A stretch of 63,739 nt of DNA, filler included, from Phoronis australis (GCA_002633005.1; 5 parts of 5 records of this genome joined end to end with filler, not necessarily neighbours in it); one strand, 5' to 3'. Positions 13,401 through 25,493 are shown, numbered from the whole stretch's first letter. Notes: generated from the letters alone by a model not told the origin. Translations and numbers: made by a program.

Positions 13401-14795
13401 CCCACAACCTCCTCTACCCACGACAGGTTCAACAGATTATGTTTGCGCGTGCCCAGGGTTCGTATAACAGCATGTCCAGAAGTTTGAATCCCTCCCATCA
13501 CATGCGCCTTCTATCTAATTTGGGACTATAACAACAGTAATAACGTAGGTTTGCTATTTCCTGACAACCTTTCTCGAGTAGTTTAAAGACAGCTCACGAT
13601 CATTTACTGTATTTGCAACGAAAAGTACTTCTTAATAAAATAGTACTACAGAAGCAATTGCTAATAATTGCATCCCGGTTGCTAAGTCGGATCCCAAATC
13701 CTGCTGGGGTTGCCTTCCCACCCGTCGCATTCCCCTTGGGTACTGGCATGAAATTTATGATGACTGTTATGGGGGAGGGGAGCATAACCGTTAATGGTCG
13801 GGAGAGGCAGCGCAACTCTACAATTCCCATATTCGAGGAAAGCTACATCATTGAACATTCAAATCCAATATTCGTTTATGGTCACTGCTATATTTTGGTG
13901 CTTATTCTTAAGCACAACCGACGGCTTCAAAGGCCCTCTTCAATAGCAATCAAAGCCCAAAAACACCCTATGATACTTTGAACGGAGGTATTTTATTTTG
14001 CAAGTGCTGTGAACAGCTATTCAGGGCTCTCTGTTTTTGAAATTTAACAAGCTATTTGGTCCCTCGCAGCATGATTCTTTGTCGATAGTGTGGGCAATTG
14101 TTTTCACTAAATCCGAAAACCACACGCAGCAAGCTGAACCATGGATTGTTTCATTTTTCCCAATAAAAGGAAGATAAAACCAGTACGTGCAGTTGGGGCT
14201 GCAACTTCAGGCGAGTTTTGTCCAACTGCAGTTGTTCGGATCAGCCATTACAGAACAAGATTACAGCAAATGGAACATGGTCCCCGCACACTATTTGTTT
14301 TAGGGCTCCCTTTCGTCAAAAGAAACTAATGTAAACTGCATGTTATTGACGTTAGCCAAGTCATGCGAAGGGCTGCAGTGTGCAATTCCTTATATCATCG
14401 TTTCTTCTGTTAGTTGTTACTCATTCTCACCATCAGGGGACACCTCGCCTTTTGATTTGAGTGTTAGCTGGGCATTTTACTCGTATGTTTTGCGCTGCAT
14501 GCGCACGATGCGTGTGACATATTCATCGACTTTTGTGTCTGAACTTAGTGAAAGATTGCTATATATTGACACCTGACTACCATTTTGCTCAGTTGAGGGA
14601 GAGTGTCTGAAATATTTATTGATTACAAGCGATGGTCAACGTCTGGAGAATGATTTGGGCAGTCTGAATGCAATATCTCTAAGTTCGTAGTTGTCGCAAG
14701 CAAACTTTGGCTTTGGGGTGGAAATGCCAAAAATTCAAGATGGAAATTTGACATTGGAATAACTTCGAATATTCTCCGTGCAAGATTCATGGGTC

Positions 14796-14895
14796 NNNNN
14801 NNNNNNNNNNNNNNNNNNNNNNNNNNNNNNNNNNNNNNNTTAATTAATTAANNNNNNNNNNNNNNNNNNNNNNNNNNNNNNNNNNNNNNNNNNNN
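14796..14895. other. Artificial contig linker
   Basis: 44 N + TTAATTAATTAA (stops in all six frames) + 44 N; identical structure at four places. Confidence 0.98.
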
Positions 14896-15305
14896 AGGCT
14901 CATATAATTCACCGGAAGCACATCTACAACATTCCCCCCTTTCCTACGGAACGGGCACGCGACAGGAAGGTGAACACCAGGATGTCTCGCATACAGGTCA
15001 TCAACGTCCCTTGGTACCTTTACCACCACAACACAGGTGAACACAAGGTCGTCTCTCATACAGGTCCTTGACTCCTGGAACCTTCCTCGCGCGCTGTCCC
15101 GAGGTCCGTGGGTACTAGTTGGCAGTGCTTCATCGGTAGATCATCCCTTTGCCGACTACGCCATTTGTAGTAATATCCGAGATTACCCAACCCGGGGATC
15201 GAACCAGCGACCCCCATAAAACCGGCAAGCGTGCTAATAGGCAATTGTCCGTTAGCGAGTAGCTAACAGAGGCTCATATAATTCACCGGAAGCACATCTA
15301 CAACA
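14896..15305 (-). mobile_element. TRIM (miniature non-autonomous LTR retrotransposon) with tRNA-type Pol III promoter in the LTR, Helenus-like
   Basis: 5' LTR 15166-15305 (minus strand TGTTGTAG...TACTACA); PBS TGGCGTAGTCGGCA 15150-15163 complementary to tRNA-Ser 3' end; PPT AGGAAAGGGGGGAA 14932-14945; 3' LTR 14896-14931 truncated by contig start and identical over 36 bp; non-coding interior about 230 bp. Confidence 0.85.
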
Positions 15306-17347
15306 TAACATTTGCACATTATACTCGGGAACCCAATGGTCGTCCGCCTGAGCATTAAACGGGCTTGTTGTCGTACTCACCCAATTATTCCACTTCAAAG
15401 TTATGCTCTGCATAGAACTTGATTTGACTCTCGCAAATTCATAGTATTAGTTGATTCAAAAGTTTTCTTTTATTTATTCCGAGTTGTTTGAACTGTGCAT
15501 TGCTTTTCGGCAGCCACTTTATAATGACTCCCATGTTGGTCCTCATATGCTGCCACCTTTTGAAAGAACAGAAAACCACACAGAAAAAGGCCAAGAAAAT
15601 AGTGGAAAGTGGTTCACAGCAATTCTACTTCAACCACAAACTGTTTTACTAGTGTGACATTGATTTTTACATCAATTAAAATTGATTTAGAATTTCTGTT
15701 CTGGAAAATAAATCACAATTGTTTTATTCCAGATAGACCCTACTTATTTTCTATTTGTGTTTTCTTTATTTGACTTTTTGCTCTTGTTGTTCTTAATACC
15801 ACTTATCTCTGCTGTCTTTCTTTTTCTGTACAGTTTTTCTTCATTCTCTGGTAACACCATGTCAGCCAAAACAGAACTGTAACCCTTTGAGACTTGGTCG
15901 ACGGAAGTTGATCATTGAACTTCAATGTAGTTGTTCTAATAAATTACCCAATATCATATTGTTTGATTTTTTCTCACCTTTAACAGTCTTCTGTAATCGT
16001 AAATAAATGAATAAATACCCAAGTTTCATTTGCATTTTATTGCTCAATATCTTCTTTTATTTTTAATTATGTCGTGCTNGAATTTGGAATTTTTTGTTGT
16101 CTTAAAAATGTCTCTCACCAAGTAAATGCTAGGATTGTCATATCCTGAAATTTTCTTGTTGTTATTAAAAGTATTGAGGAAGTTATTGTGAAAAAACTAA
16201 TTTTGGGTCACATCAATGCGCCTTCATTCCCATGTATTCAGTGGACTAAAAAAAGGGCTAATTATTGCTCTTCAAACGTTCATAAAAAGTCAACGGCTCA
16301 ACGGATTTTGTTAATTTTTTTTTTGTTTGCATCTGTTTTTGGTGTTTTGTTAAATCAATCCATTTTTAAACATTAAATAAGAATTTGAATTTTTTTGTCA
16401 CGTCCCTACGACTACGCCATTTGTAGTAATAGCCGAGATTACCCGACCCGAGGATCGAACCAGCCACCCCCCATAAAACCAGCAAGCGTACTAACCATTC
16501 AGCTAATAGGCAATTGCCCGTTAGCGAGTAGCTAACAGAGGCTCATATAATTCACCGGAAGCACATCTACAACATAACATTTGCACATTATACTCGGGAA
16601 CCCAATGGTCGTCGGCCTGAGCATTAAACGGGCTTGTTGTCGTACTCACCCAATTATTCCACTTCAAAGTTATGCTCTGCATAGAACTTGATTTGACTCT
16701 CACAAATTCATAGTATTAGTTGATTCAAAAGTTTTCTTTTATTTATTCCGAGTTGTTTGAACTGTGCATTGCTTTTCGGCAGCCACTTTATAATGACTCC
16801 CATGTTGGTCGTCATATGCTGCCGCCTTTTGAAAGAACAGAAAACCACACAGAAAAAGGCCAAGAAAATAGTGGAAAGTGGTTCACAGCAATTCTACTTC
16901 AACCACAAACTGTTTTACTAGTGTGATATTGATTTTTACATCGATTAAAATTGATTTAGAATTTCAGTTCTGGAAAATAAATCACAATTGTTTTATTCCA
17001 GATAGACCCTACTTATTTTCTATTTGTGTTCTCTTTATTTGACTTTTTGCTCTTGTTGTTCTTAATACCACTTATCTCTGCTGTCTTTCTTTTTCTTTAC
17101 AGTTTTTCTTCATTCTCTGTTAACACCATGTCAGCCAAAACAGAACTGTAACCCTTTGAGACTTGGTCGACAGAAGTTGATCATTGAACTTCAATGTAGT
17201 TGTTCTAATAAATTACCCAATATCATATTGTTTGATTTTTTCTCACCTTTAACAGGCTTCTGTAATCGTGAATAAATGAATAAATACCCAAGTTTCATTT
17301 GCATTTTATTGCTCAATATCTTCTTTTATTTTTAATTATGTCGTGCT
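15153..17347. repeat. Near-identical direct duplication (15153-16078 vs 16409-17347)
   Basis: Offset 1269 bp; duplicated ORFs 15451-15657 and 16720-16926 differ by one residue; single N at 16079 exactly where copy 1 ends. Confidence 0.9.
16409..16574 (-). mobile_element. Second copy of TRIM LTR plus partial PBS, with intact A and B boxes
   Basis: LTR 16422-16574; A box TAGCTGAATGG (16495-16505) and B box GGTTCGATCC (16452-16461) on minus strand; PBS remnant 16409-16419. Confidence 0.8.
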
Positions 17348-17895
17348 GTGTTGTATGTAATGTAGTGAAATAAAGTCAATGTTTTACTTTATTGGTGGCC
17401 ATTGTCTATCAATTCAAGTATTTTAATTTTCTTCAAATAAATTCAAAATGCTTTAACCAAACATTACAACATAAATGTTGAGGTCAGTACTTTGTTTTGC
17501 AATAAGAAACAAGTGGACAATATTTTGATGTCCGAGAAGTGGGCCGAAACTGTTAAACACCCACGGTGTTCCATTTGTCTGCTGGGTTTTTCCTTTGGCG
17601 TAACAGGTGTTAGTTAGTGCCTGGGACAAATAGATACATTGCACAAACAATCCCTGAGTTGTTTTTTGTTCCGTCTGAAGAAAATTTAATTTCGAAAATA
17701 TCTTCTGAAAATGAATAAAAAAGTGCATTAAAATCTACAAGTTTTTAGGTGGTCGCAAAAAAAGTCGGTGAATGCATTAATTTTAGTCTCAGTTCTTCCA
17801 TGCGCGTTCTTCCGAGAGGTTAGTACCTAACGTGCAGACAAGCACTCCAAACTGGAACGCTAAGTCCCGCGTGGCTGCGCTGCACGCGAAAAAAG

Positions 17896-17929
17896 ATGGC
17901 GGATGACCTTTGGAGCCTGACGACGATAG
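17896..17929 (+). CDS. BRD8: BRD8 probable first coding exon
   Basis: AAGATGGCGG start in CpG-rich region; MADDLWSLTTI + G|gtatcc; phase 1 matches next exon. Confidence 0.6.
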
Positions 17930-18300
17930 GTATCCGGACCATACCACAATTATCTGTAATTGATAAATTGGGTTCAAACACACTGATGAAAGAACGATTA
18001 CTTGTATTCTTCATTTCATGAAACAATAGTATCCTTGGGAGGATCTGGATCGCCTTATTTAGTTTCAGATATATTTTCTATGTTAGTGACCAAACTAAGA
18101 CATGCATAAGAAAAGCATGGCTGACAATGGGCGTCTTTTAACATGTGGCCAGGTAAACTGCTCTGGTAATAGGATTGGATTTAACTTAATTATAACATAT
18201 ACGACCAAACATCAAAAAAGGCCAAAGTTTATTGACAGGTACCCTAAATCTGAATTTATCGGGCTTTCTGGTTTTCACTATATTTTCACTAACAATAGCT

Positions 18301-20187
18301 ATAGACCCTATTCACGCCGACAGGAGGCGCGTTCCAAAACGAGGCTCGCTACGATAGCTTTGGTGGCTTATCCGCGTAGTTGTACACCGCGTTGCTCGAA
18401 CAGCTAGAAAAAATACGGACACCCTGTTTTGCAATCCCTAAGGACGTTGGGATTCGGAAGCATTGGGTCCTTGCCATACGCCGCGACGAAGGAAAATATG
18501 TCCGTGTAAAAATTATAACTTTTCGAATCATAATTTGTCACATCTCGGACTGGATGCCGCCATAGCAACGAGGACCGGAGAATCTTCGGCCAGCCAGGCT
18601 GTGTTTTCATGACTATGGGTTGAAGCGCGATGCATTTTTCTTTACAAAAAGGACAGGGCCCTCAATCCCTCAATTTTGGGGCCAAATATCGGCCCTATTC
18701 CCCTCTCAAAAATATTGAAAAATCACGCGAAATTCCCGGCCATGAGGCCTAAAAATCCCCTTTGTGATTGAAAATTTATCTCCAACGGTTCAAATCACCT
18801 GTGACCACAGAGGTGACAACCTGAAAAAGTACAAAATCATAGGCAGATTTAGGGGAGGAGGGAATTTCCTGAGCAGAAGGTATACATCCTCGGCGCGCCC
18901 GCAACTTCCGGGCCGCCTGCGTGCATACAATCGCGCTTTGACCGCTTCTCCGAGGATGTCGGTCCCCCCTCACTAGGCATATATCGATGGTATCCTAGAT
19001 CAGCCACTGAAAATGCTACTTGAGACAGAGCTATGAGAGCTTGCAAAAGGGCGGGGTGCTATTGATGGTGATCGGGAGGTCAGTAGAGTTTTCACTGACC
19101 CGTCCTTGGCGAAACGTTCTCCTCTCAGAAGGCCGCACACACATGAGGCACCTTTCCCCTCGGATATGAACGAGGCCTCTGAAGAAACATGATAACTATG
19201 CTTGTTCCTGGGGGGGATCCAGGACTTTGAGTTGGGGGGGGCAAGGCAGAGTATTAGCCATGCAGGATTTTGCCCATCAGAAATTCACGCTCCTGAACTG
19301 CCAAATGGAATCTGGGAGAATTTTAGGGGGTGGGGGCTGTGGCATAGCCCCTTGGCTCCCCTGTAAATCCGCCACTGTGTTCTGTCCAGTTAACTGAAAT
19401 TGAGCTCTAAAACGAGGTTATGCTTTGGAAGAAAGAATTAGGTGTTTTTAATTTTAAAATTCAACTTGGTCGAGACTGATATTTGAAAAATATAACACAT
19501 GAAATAGACGTAATTATTAAAACCAAGAAAGCAGAATTGACTGTCATATAATTTTTATTTTCAATTGCAAGCCTAGTTTTTTATCGTAATCAAAATATAT
19601 ATTTAATTACATCAAATATTATTTCAGATCAATGACAAATGAACTGTAATTAGTCCCGGTAGTGCCTACCTCACCAGGACCTAGGCTATGCTTGAAGCTA
19701 ATAGGCCTATTCTTGATCAACAAATTAAACCAGATGAGACTAATTGCACATGACAGCAAAATGCTATGAGCCACCACTGTCGAACATATCTTCAACTCGT
19801 CAACAATACGACCAGATGACCTGGTTCGTGCAGAAAGCATTTTTATCAAGAATTTATTAGAAGAAACGTAACCCTGCATTCAGCATGATACCTAATCCGT
19901 AACACTACGATCGCCGCAATTTGGTCATGTTTACTTTTCATGTTTCGAACCTAGTTTTCAGGAAAAAAACCTATATCCTTTGGTCAGACAACTCTTTGGT
20001 GCATTGACTTGCTCTTTAACTGTATTTTTCAACGTCTCTGTGGTTAATTATTGACACATTTTTTGAGATTTAATATTCAGGTTGGACTCCAAAGACCGGC
20101 CATTTAAATCATGCAATGTAAATTTCCGCTTTGTTATCGCAGTGAGCCTCGGTTTGGATTTTAACGTCCGCTGCGTGAATAGAGTAT
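18301..20187 (+). mobile_element. Decayed THAP-bearing DNA transposon (ISL2EU/Harbinger-like) in BRD8 intron 1
   Basis: Frameshifted THAP fragment 18360-18505 (CTPRCSNS...FAIPKDVGIRKHWVLAIRRDEGKY); candidate inverted termini atagaccctattcacgc / gcgtgaatagagtat. Confidence 0.5.
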
Positions 20188-20415
20188 TGATTGTCAAGTT
20201 ACCAGTGGAGACCACCAATGCTGAAGAATTAATAAAAATGTCAAAAAGATGGCCACCTTTGGAATAGCTTTCCTAGTAGTCTTTTACTAATTTTGGTCAT
20301 TGTTTTTACCAGTTTGAAGCCAATACCCTTAGTTTACCATAAACACTTGCATATTTTTTCCATCACAGGACTTGTATTTTGCTGATCAAAGTTGTATGAT
20401 TGATGTGCATTTCAG

Positions 20416-20509
20416 AAGGCCGTCTGGTAAAGGGCCCCCTCGATAAATGGTCAACTAGAGAACAGCTGGCTCTGGCATGTTCCGTGAAACGCAGTGGTGA
20501 TCAGAATTG
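20416..20509 (+). CDS. BRD8: BRD8 exon 2
   Basis: GRLVKGPLDKWSTREQLALACSVKRSGDQNW vs recalled human GPTEPWSIREKLCLASSVMRSGDQNW; cag/gtaag. Confidence 0.93.
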
Positions 20510-20559
20510 GTAAGCTCAAGGGCAGTCATTATGCGCCCACTTATTTGTATGTGTTTGTA

Positions 20560-21220
20560 GATTGGCATCATCTCTGGGCATCTGGCGTCTGCAGCTGTAT
20601 CTACTAAACCCTCACAAGATCTTGATGAGATTTGGCATATGTCTTCCTGTGAAGCTGATGACAGATTGTGACGAAATTCGGATGTATCCGATCTCCAGTG
20701 TGGCCCCTATTGGCAATTTTAGTTTTTTATATTTACCTTTGTATCTTCAAAGGTTCTTGACAGATTTTCATGAAATTTGGCATCTGTTAATGAGATGATG
20801 CTATCCTCCTGTTTTCAGGTGGATTTGAGGTATTTTGCGCCACCTAGTGGCCATTTTTACTGTTTTCACGTCTCTATCAACCACACCACTGTAAAGATGA
20901 TTGTGAAAGTTGGCATTTATGTTTTTAGTGCGAAGAGGACAGCTGACGATGATTTTTCAACAACTTCGGCTAGTGTGGCACCTCTTAGTGGCAGTTTTGT
21001 ATTTTTTACGCCTGTAGCTGTATCTCCTAAACCCACTGTAGGATCTTTATTAAATTTAGCAAGTAAAGTTGACAACAGACGACGACTTTCAGACAGATCC
21101 AACTACCAATGTGCCCCCTAGTGGCAATTTCAGTTTTTTACGTTAACCTCTGTATCTTCAAACATCCCCAACGGATTTGCAGGAAATTTGGCTAATAGGC
21201 ATCTATTAGCTGCGGGATCA
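20560..21220. repeat. Degenerate tandem-unit repeat (about 150-bp units with gccacctagtggc and tgaaatttgg motifs), probable Helentron/HINE interior
   Basis: Recurring motifs; same family at 33300-33668, 34240-35370 and 43540-44340. Confidence 0.5.
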
Positions 21221-21469
21221 GTAGCGTCAAAAATGCCTACGCCGTGCTTCAGACATCTTTGTGCAGCAGTGGCAATGGGTGCATGCCGAAAAAAGCCCTG
21301 TGCCCAACTTTTTTCTGTCTTGGTTTAAGGTGGCCGCTATAACGCTTGTAGTTATAAATTGTGTCAGAATTTTTGTTATTGGTTGTGACTTGCGCTGTCC
21401 TGTTAATTAGTTTTATTGATGTAATTTATGTTTTTATCCATTTTATGTTAAATGTGTGTTGATTCACAG

Positions 21470-21539
21470 GGTCTCCGTTAGCAGGACAGTCAAAATGTTT
21501 GCTGAACAAGACAGGCCAAATGAATGGTTTTCCCAAAGG
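21470..21539 (+). CDS. BRD8: BRD8 exon 3
   Basis: VSVSRTVKMFAEQDRPNEWFSQR vs human VSVSRAIKPFAEPGRPPDWFSQK; cag/gtgag. Confidence 0.93.
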
Positions 21540-22980
21540 GTGAGCAAAGTTACTCATACTGGCTAACTTTAACACAATTCAAAGTCAGTAATTGTAATGA
21601 ATTGTAAGTCAGTTTGTCTCAGTGGATCTCGCCATACCTGTGAAAATACTTAACATTAATGAGGCATGGAATGCGAAAACTCATCAAAAATATTTTTTAA
21701 TAATTCCTGATGCAACATCTACTACAGAGTTATTCACTTTCCCCTGTGAGTGAATTTCTAGAAAAATCACAAAATTGATGATTATTGAAATATGGGCTGA
21801 GGAAAAACTCTGTAGTCACTACTGAGTTTCTAATTTCTCTCCCACTTATGGTAAATGCGTGCATGCACTCACAGTCGTTTGACAAACAGCTGATTGATAA
21901 AGATGGATATTAACGTCAGATTATCATGTGTGATCGCACTCCAAATCTGAGGTTGACAGCACAGTATGAGGTAAGCCATGAAGCAAGTGATTTTCTAAAA
22001 ATAATTCTAAGTGCACATTAGAATAAATTTGAATACTATGATACCTTGATCACTAACTTTAAACAGTCAGGACTTAGCTCAATTGCCTTTTAGTCGGACT
22101 GGCTGCTACTTGGAGTCGCCATTGTATTGTTTACGTGAAGGGTCAAACTTCATATTTTCTAAATGAGGGAAATGTGTTACGTCTATGTCCTGCCATACCA
22201 AATAAGAAGATGTGCTTTCAAGGCTTGGAATTTTCCGCTTTTTTCAAATGTTCTGTCCGCGTATTTTATTGTATTTCCCAGTAAAAAAATTGGATTTGAT
22301 ATAAAATTTCCGTGGCAAATTTCTTTCTTACTGCGGCGTTGCCGACGACTTTCACCTCTAAAAGCGGAAGTTGCTCTTTATGTTTCGGAGGAACGTAAAT
22401 TGTCAACATTGCTGGGGCACCTGGGATAGCGTGGTGGATTTCTTCAGTGGCGTCTCGTGTGATTGTAAATCACGGTGACAAATACTACGACTCTGCAGCC
22501 AAAATGTGTGGAGGTGGGAGTGGACGGACGAGGTAAAAAGACGCAGACGCACGCTTCTGAAGGTGGTACCGTTTTTTTTTTTAGTCTCGATTTTTGTTGG
22601 TAAAAGGTCCACATCGACATTTTCAAGGCTGGGTGCGTGCATGGTTAGGGCCGTAAAAATTTCTGCTGTTTTTGTAATGGGTCACTCCATGCCCTGGCTT
22701 TGCATTGTTGGAGGATAATCGGCAAAGTGACTAGCAGTTGACAGATTGTTTTCTTGAAATTTGAAACTAAAAGAAAAATGCTCCGTCATCAACAGAAATG
22801 TAAAATTTTTTATAAAGAAACTGTAAAAATCAGTGAACAGGTTGAACGGTTTCAGTGACATAGAACCACTTTGAATAATGCAATTTAGTCCGTTTTTCAT
22901 GCTTCAGGTTTGAGTAGGTTAGATGCTCTTCAAGTGTACTAAAAGACTAAAAACTGTAACTTTCTATTTGTATGTTTCAG

Positions 22981-23030
22981 AACTGTGCTTTACAATATGC
23001 TGATCTGCTTGAAAAAGTTGAAACACCAAA
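22981..23030 (+). CDS. BRD8: BRD8 exon 4
   Basis: NCALQYADLLEKVETPK vs human HCASQYSELLETTETPK; cag/gtaagt. Confidence 0.92.
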
Positions 23031-23038
23031 GTAAGTAG

Positions 23039-23182
23039 TTGTTTTTGGTAACAGTAAGGGCTTATCTAGTTAGACAAGAATGGTTATCAACACGGCATTA
23101 CACTATGAAATGGTGCTTATCTAGTTAGACAAGGATGGTTATGAACACCGCGTTACACTGTGAAATGGTACTTATCTAGTTA
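23039..23182. repeat. About 53-bp tandem repeat, about 2.5 copies
   Basis: cttatctagttag... occurs three times, separated by ...ttacactRtgaaatggt. Confidence 0.75.
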
Positions 23183-23823
23183 GCAAGGCTCGGAATTTTC
23201 TGCGGAAACGCGGATTATCGCTTTTTTCTCATATTCCCTCCGCGCATTTTTGTTATATTTCCGCGTAAAAATGGGATTTCCCATAAAATTTTCACTATGA
23301 AATGGTGCTTCATGTTTCACACTGATCATTGTGCAAAATTATTTCTTTCTACAAAAATTTTAATATTGTTCATTTAACAGTGGTTATGAGTCAGCCTGAT
23401 TGTGATCATTTCCTCACTTATCACGAGCGTTTACTAGAGACCCCTTGACTAAACTTTGTGACATTCCATAGGAATTGTTGCATATTCTTTTCTGATTCAC
23501 TGTCAGATTTCTTTTAATTTCATATTTTTCCTCACCTGTCCTCAGTTTTTGCAAACTTTCTTGCCATTGTTTGTTGAATCAAAATTTACTGACAATTTAG
23601 TCAGTACATTTCATGCTGAACTCTGTGAACATCTCTACGTTTTTACCACAGCTTGCCAACATTTTTTCATTATTATTAAGTAAACAGCACAAAAAAGGCT
23701 AATAAGTTATATACCATGATAGCTGTCATTGAACAAAGTTTTGAGAATATGGGCATTTGCAGCAATGTTAAAAGCTTTTGACAAATCTTTGTGAGGTTAT
23801 GCTGCATACTTTGTTGATTTAAG

Positions 23824-23955
23824 GCGGAAACGTGGAGAGAAAACGGAGACACCAGTGAACAGCGAGGCTCCGTCGGATCAGATAATGCGTAAACTGACCA
23901 TAGAGAGGATTGAGCAGCTGAAGCAGATGGTCACTGAGAGCCAACAACGATACAA
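23824..23955 (+). CDS. BRD8: BRD8 exon 5
   Basis: RKRGEKTETPVNSEAPSDQIMRKLTIERIEQLKQMVTESQQRYK vs human RKRGEK...IVRKLTAERVEELKKVIKETQERYR. Confidence 0.92.
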
Positions 23956-24240
23956 GTAGGTTGTGTGTCATTTATAATCTAGTTAATAGCTGAATGCAGC
24001 CAAAGGTTCAGTAGAAAATTCCAACAAACACAGTTACACTGTGCCTATCCTAGTTATCATTGGGAAGTCCCTTATACGCCAATATGTCGGAGTTCCTTTC
24101 CAAACGTACTACCGCAACAGATTCCCTTCTATGTGTTTTCCATCACATTTCACTGTAACTGCTGCCATACATAGCCACATTATCAAAATGGTTCCTGGAG
24201 AAGCAAACAAAGTGTTGCATGCTACAGTCTATCCATGATA

Positions 24241-24492
24241 TCAAGCCTTTCATTTCATTCATAGCTTATTGTTATCACTCTGGCATGCCAGCTTCATTCA
24301 TAATCAAGCCTTTCATATCATTCATAGCTTATTGTTATCACTCTGGCATGCCAGCTTCATTCATAATCAAGCCTTTCATTTCATTCATAGCTTATTGTTA
24401 TCACTCTGGCATGCCAGCTTCATTCATAATCAAGCCTTTCATTTCATTCATAGCTTATTGTTATCACTCTGGCATGCCAGCTTCATTCATAG
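24241..24492. repeat. 63-bp minisatellite, 4 copies
   Basis: tcaagcctttcatttcattcatagcttattgttatcactctggcatgccagcttcattcataa, near-identical copies. Confidence 0.95.
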
Positions 24493-25412
24493 CAGTGTCT
24501 GATCAATTAAACCCAACCTCATAAGTGCAGTATTTGGTTCACATTTTACTTGTTATGTTTGACATCATGATTAGGTGCTCTTGTAAGCTATTTGAATTCT
24601 TAAATTAAATGATGATGGACCAAAACTACTACAGTACAATGACAACATTTGAAGTTGTCGCCACTTGTGGTATAGTGGTAGAGCAGTGATGTACTCACCT
24701 TCTGTGGCAAAAACCAACTTTTGATTTAGACCCTCTGCCATTGGGAAATTTATCTCAAATTGTTTATTTTTAACAGTTAAATTAGAAAGGATTTCTGGGC
24801 TTTGAAAGAAGTGGCAGTTTGTTATTGGTTGAGACCAGCCTCTACAAGTTAGCTTGTCACGGCGTCTCATGTTATGTGCTGAGAATGCTCTCAAGGAATA
24901 GCAAAGTGTCGGTCCTTTGCACTTTCCGAGTATCGAATGAGTTGAGATCAATTTTCGGCAGCAAATGGTCTACATAGACGTTTGTTTCTTGGATAGAACT
25001 CTAGTCGTGTTGCCATTTACGGCCACAAATGTGTAAAAAAAATCAAAACTTCACAAGTTCATTGCTTTATTAAATTACTATTTTTTTATCAACGAGAGCG
25101 CTACTGTAGACTACAGGTTGGTGGGCCTTCAGAATGAGGTAGTGACCGCAATGTCAACGGAAGTTTTGGCGTTGTGTTGCGGACTGGATTTTATCAAGTC
25201 GTAGTTGAATGAATGGGAAATAAAGCATGGAAATACTGTTTCAGCCACGTTTTTTTTTTGCTTTCAAGTTATTGACTGAGGCACCGAGCTGTTTTAGTTT
25301 CAATACTATTCGGTACAGTGCTGGCATTAGGAAGTAGTGCACAACCGCAGAATTACCTCTATTCTGCTGGTATCCCCCCAGCTGTGGTTAAAACATTTGT
25401 TTTGCTTGTTAG

Positions 25413-25493
25413 GCAACTCAAGCGAGATATAGAAACTGTTAGGAGTGGACAACTGGATGATAACTTGGAGGAACTATGGGAACGAATGGAAAA
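25413..25493 (+). CDS. BRD8: BRD8 exon 6
   Basis: QLKRDIETVRSGQLDDNLEELWERME vs human RLKRDAELIQAGHMDSRLDEL; tag/gtaagt. Confidence 0.9.

Noticed and set aside
24219-24524. Repetitive ORFs in two frames
   Set aside because: By-product of a 63-bp minisatellite; no splice support
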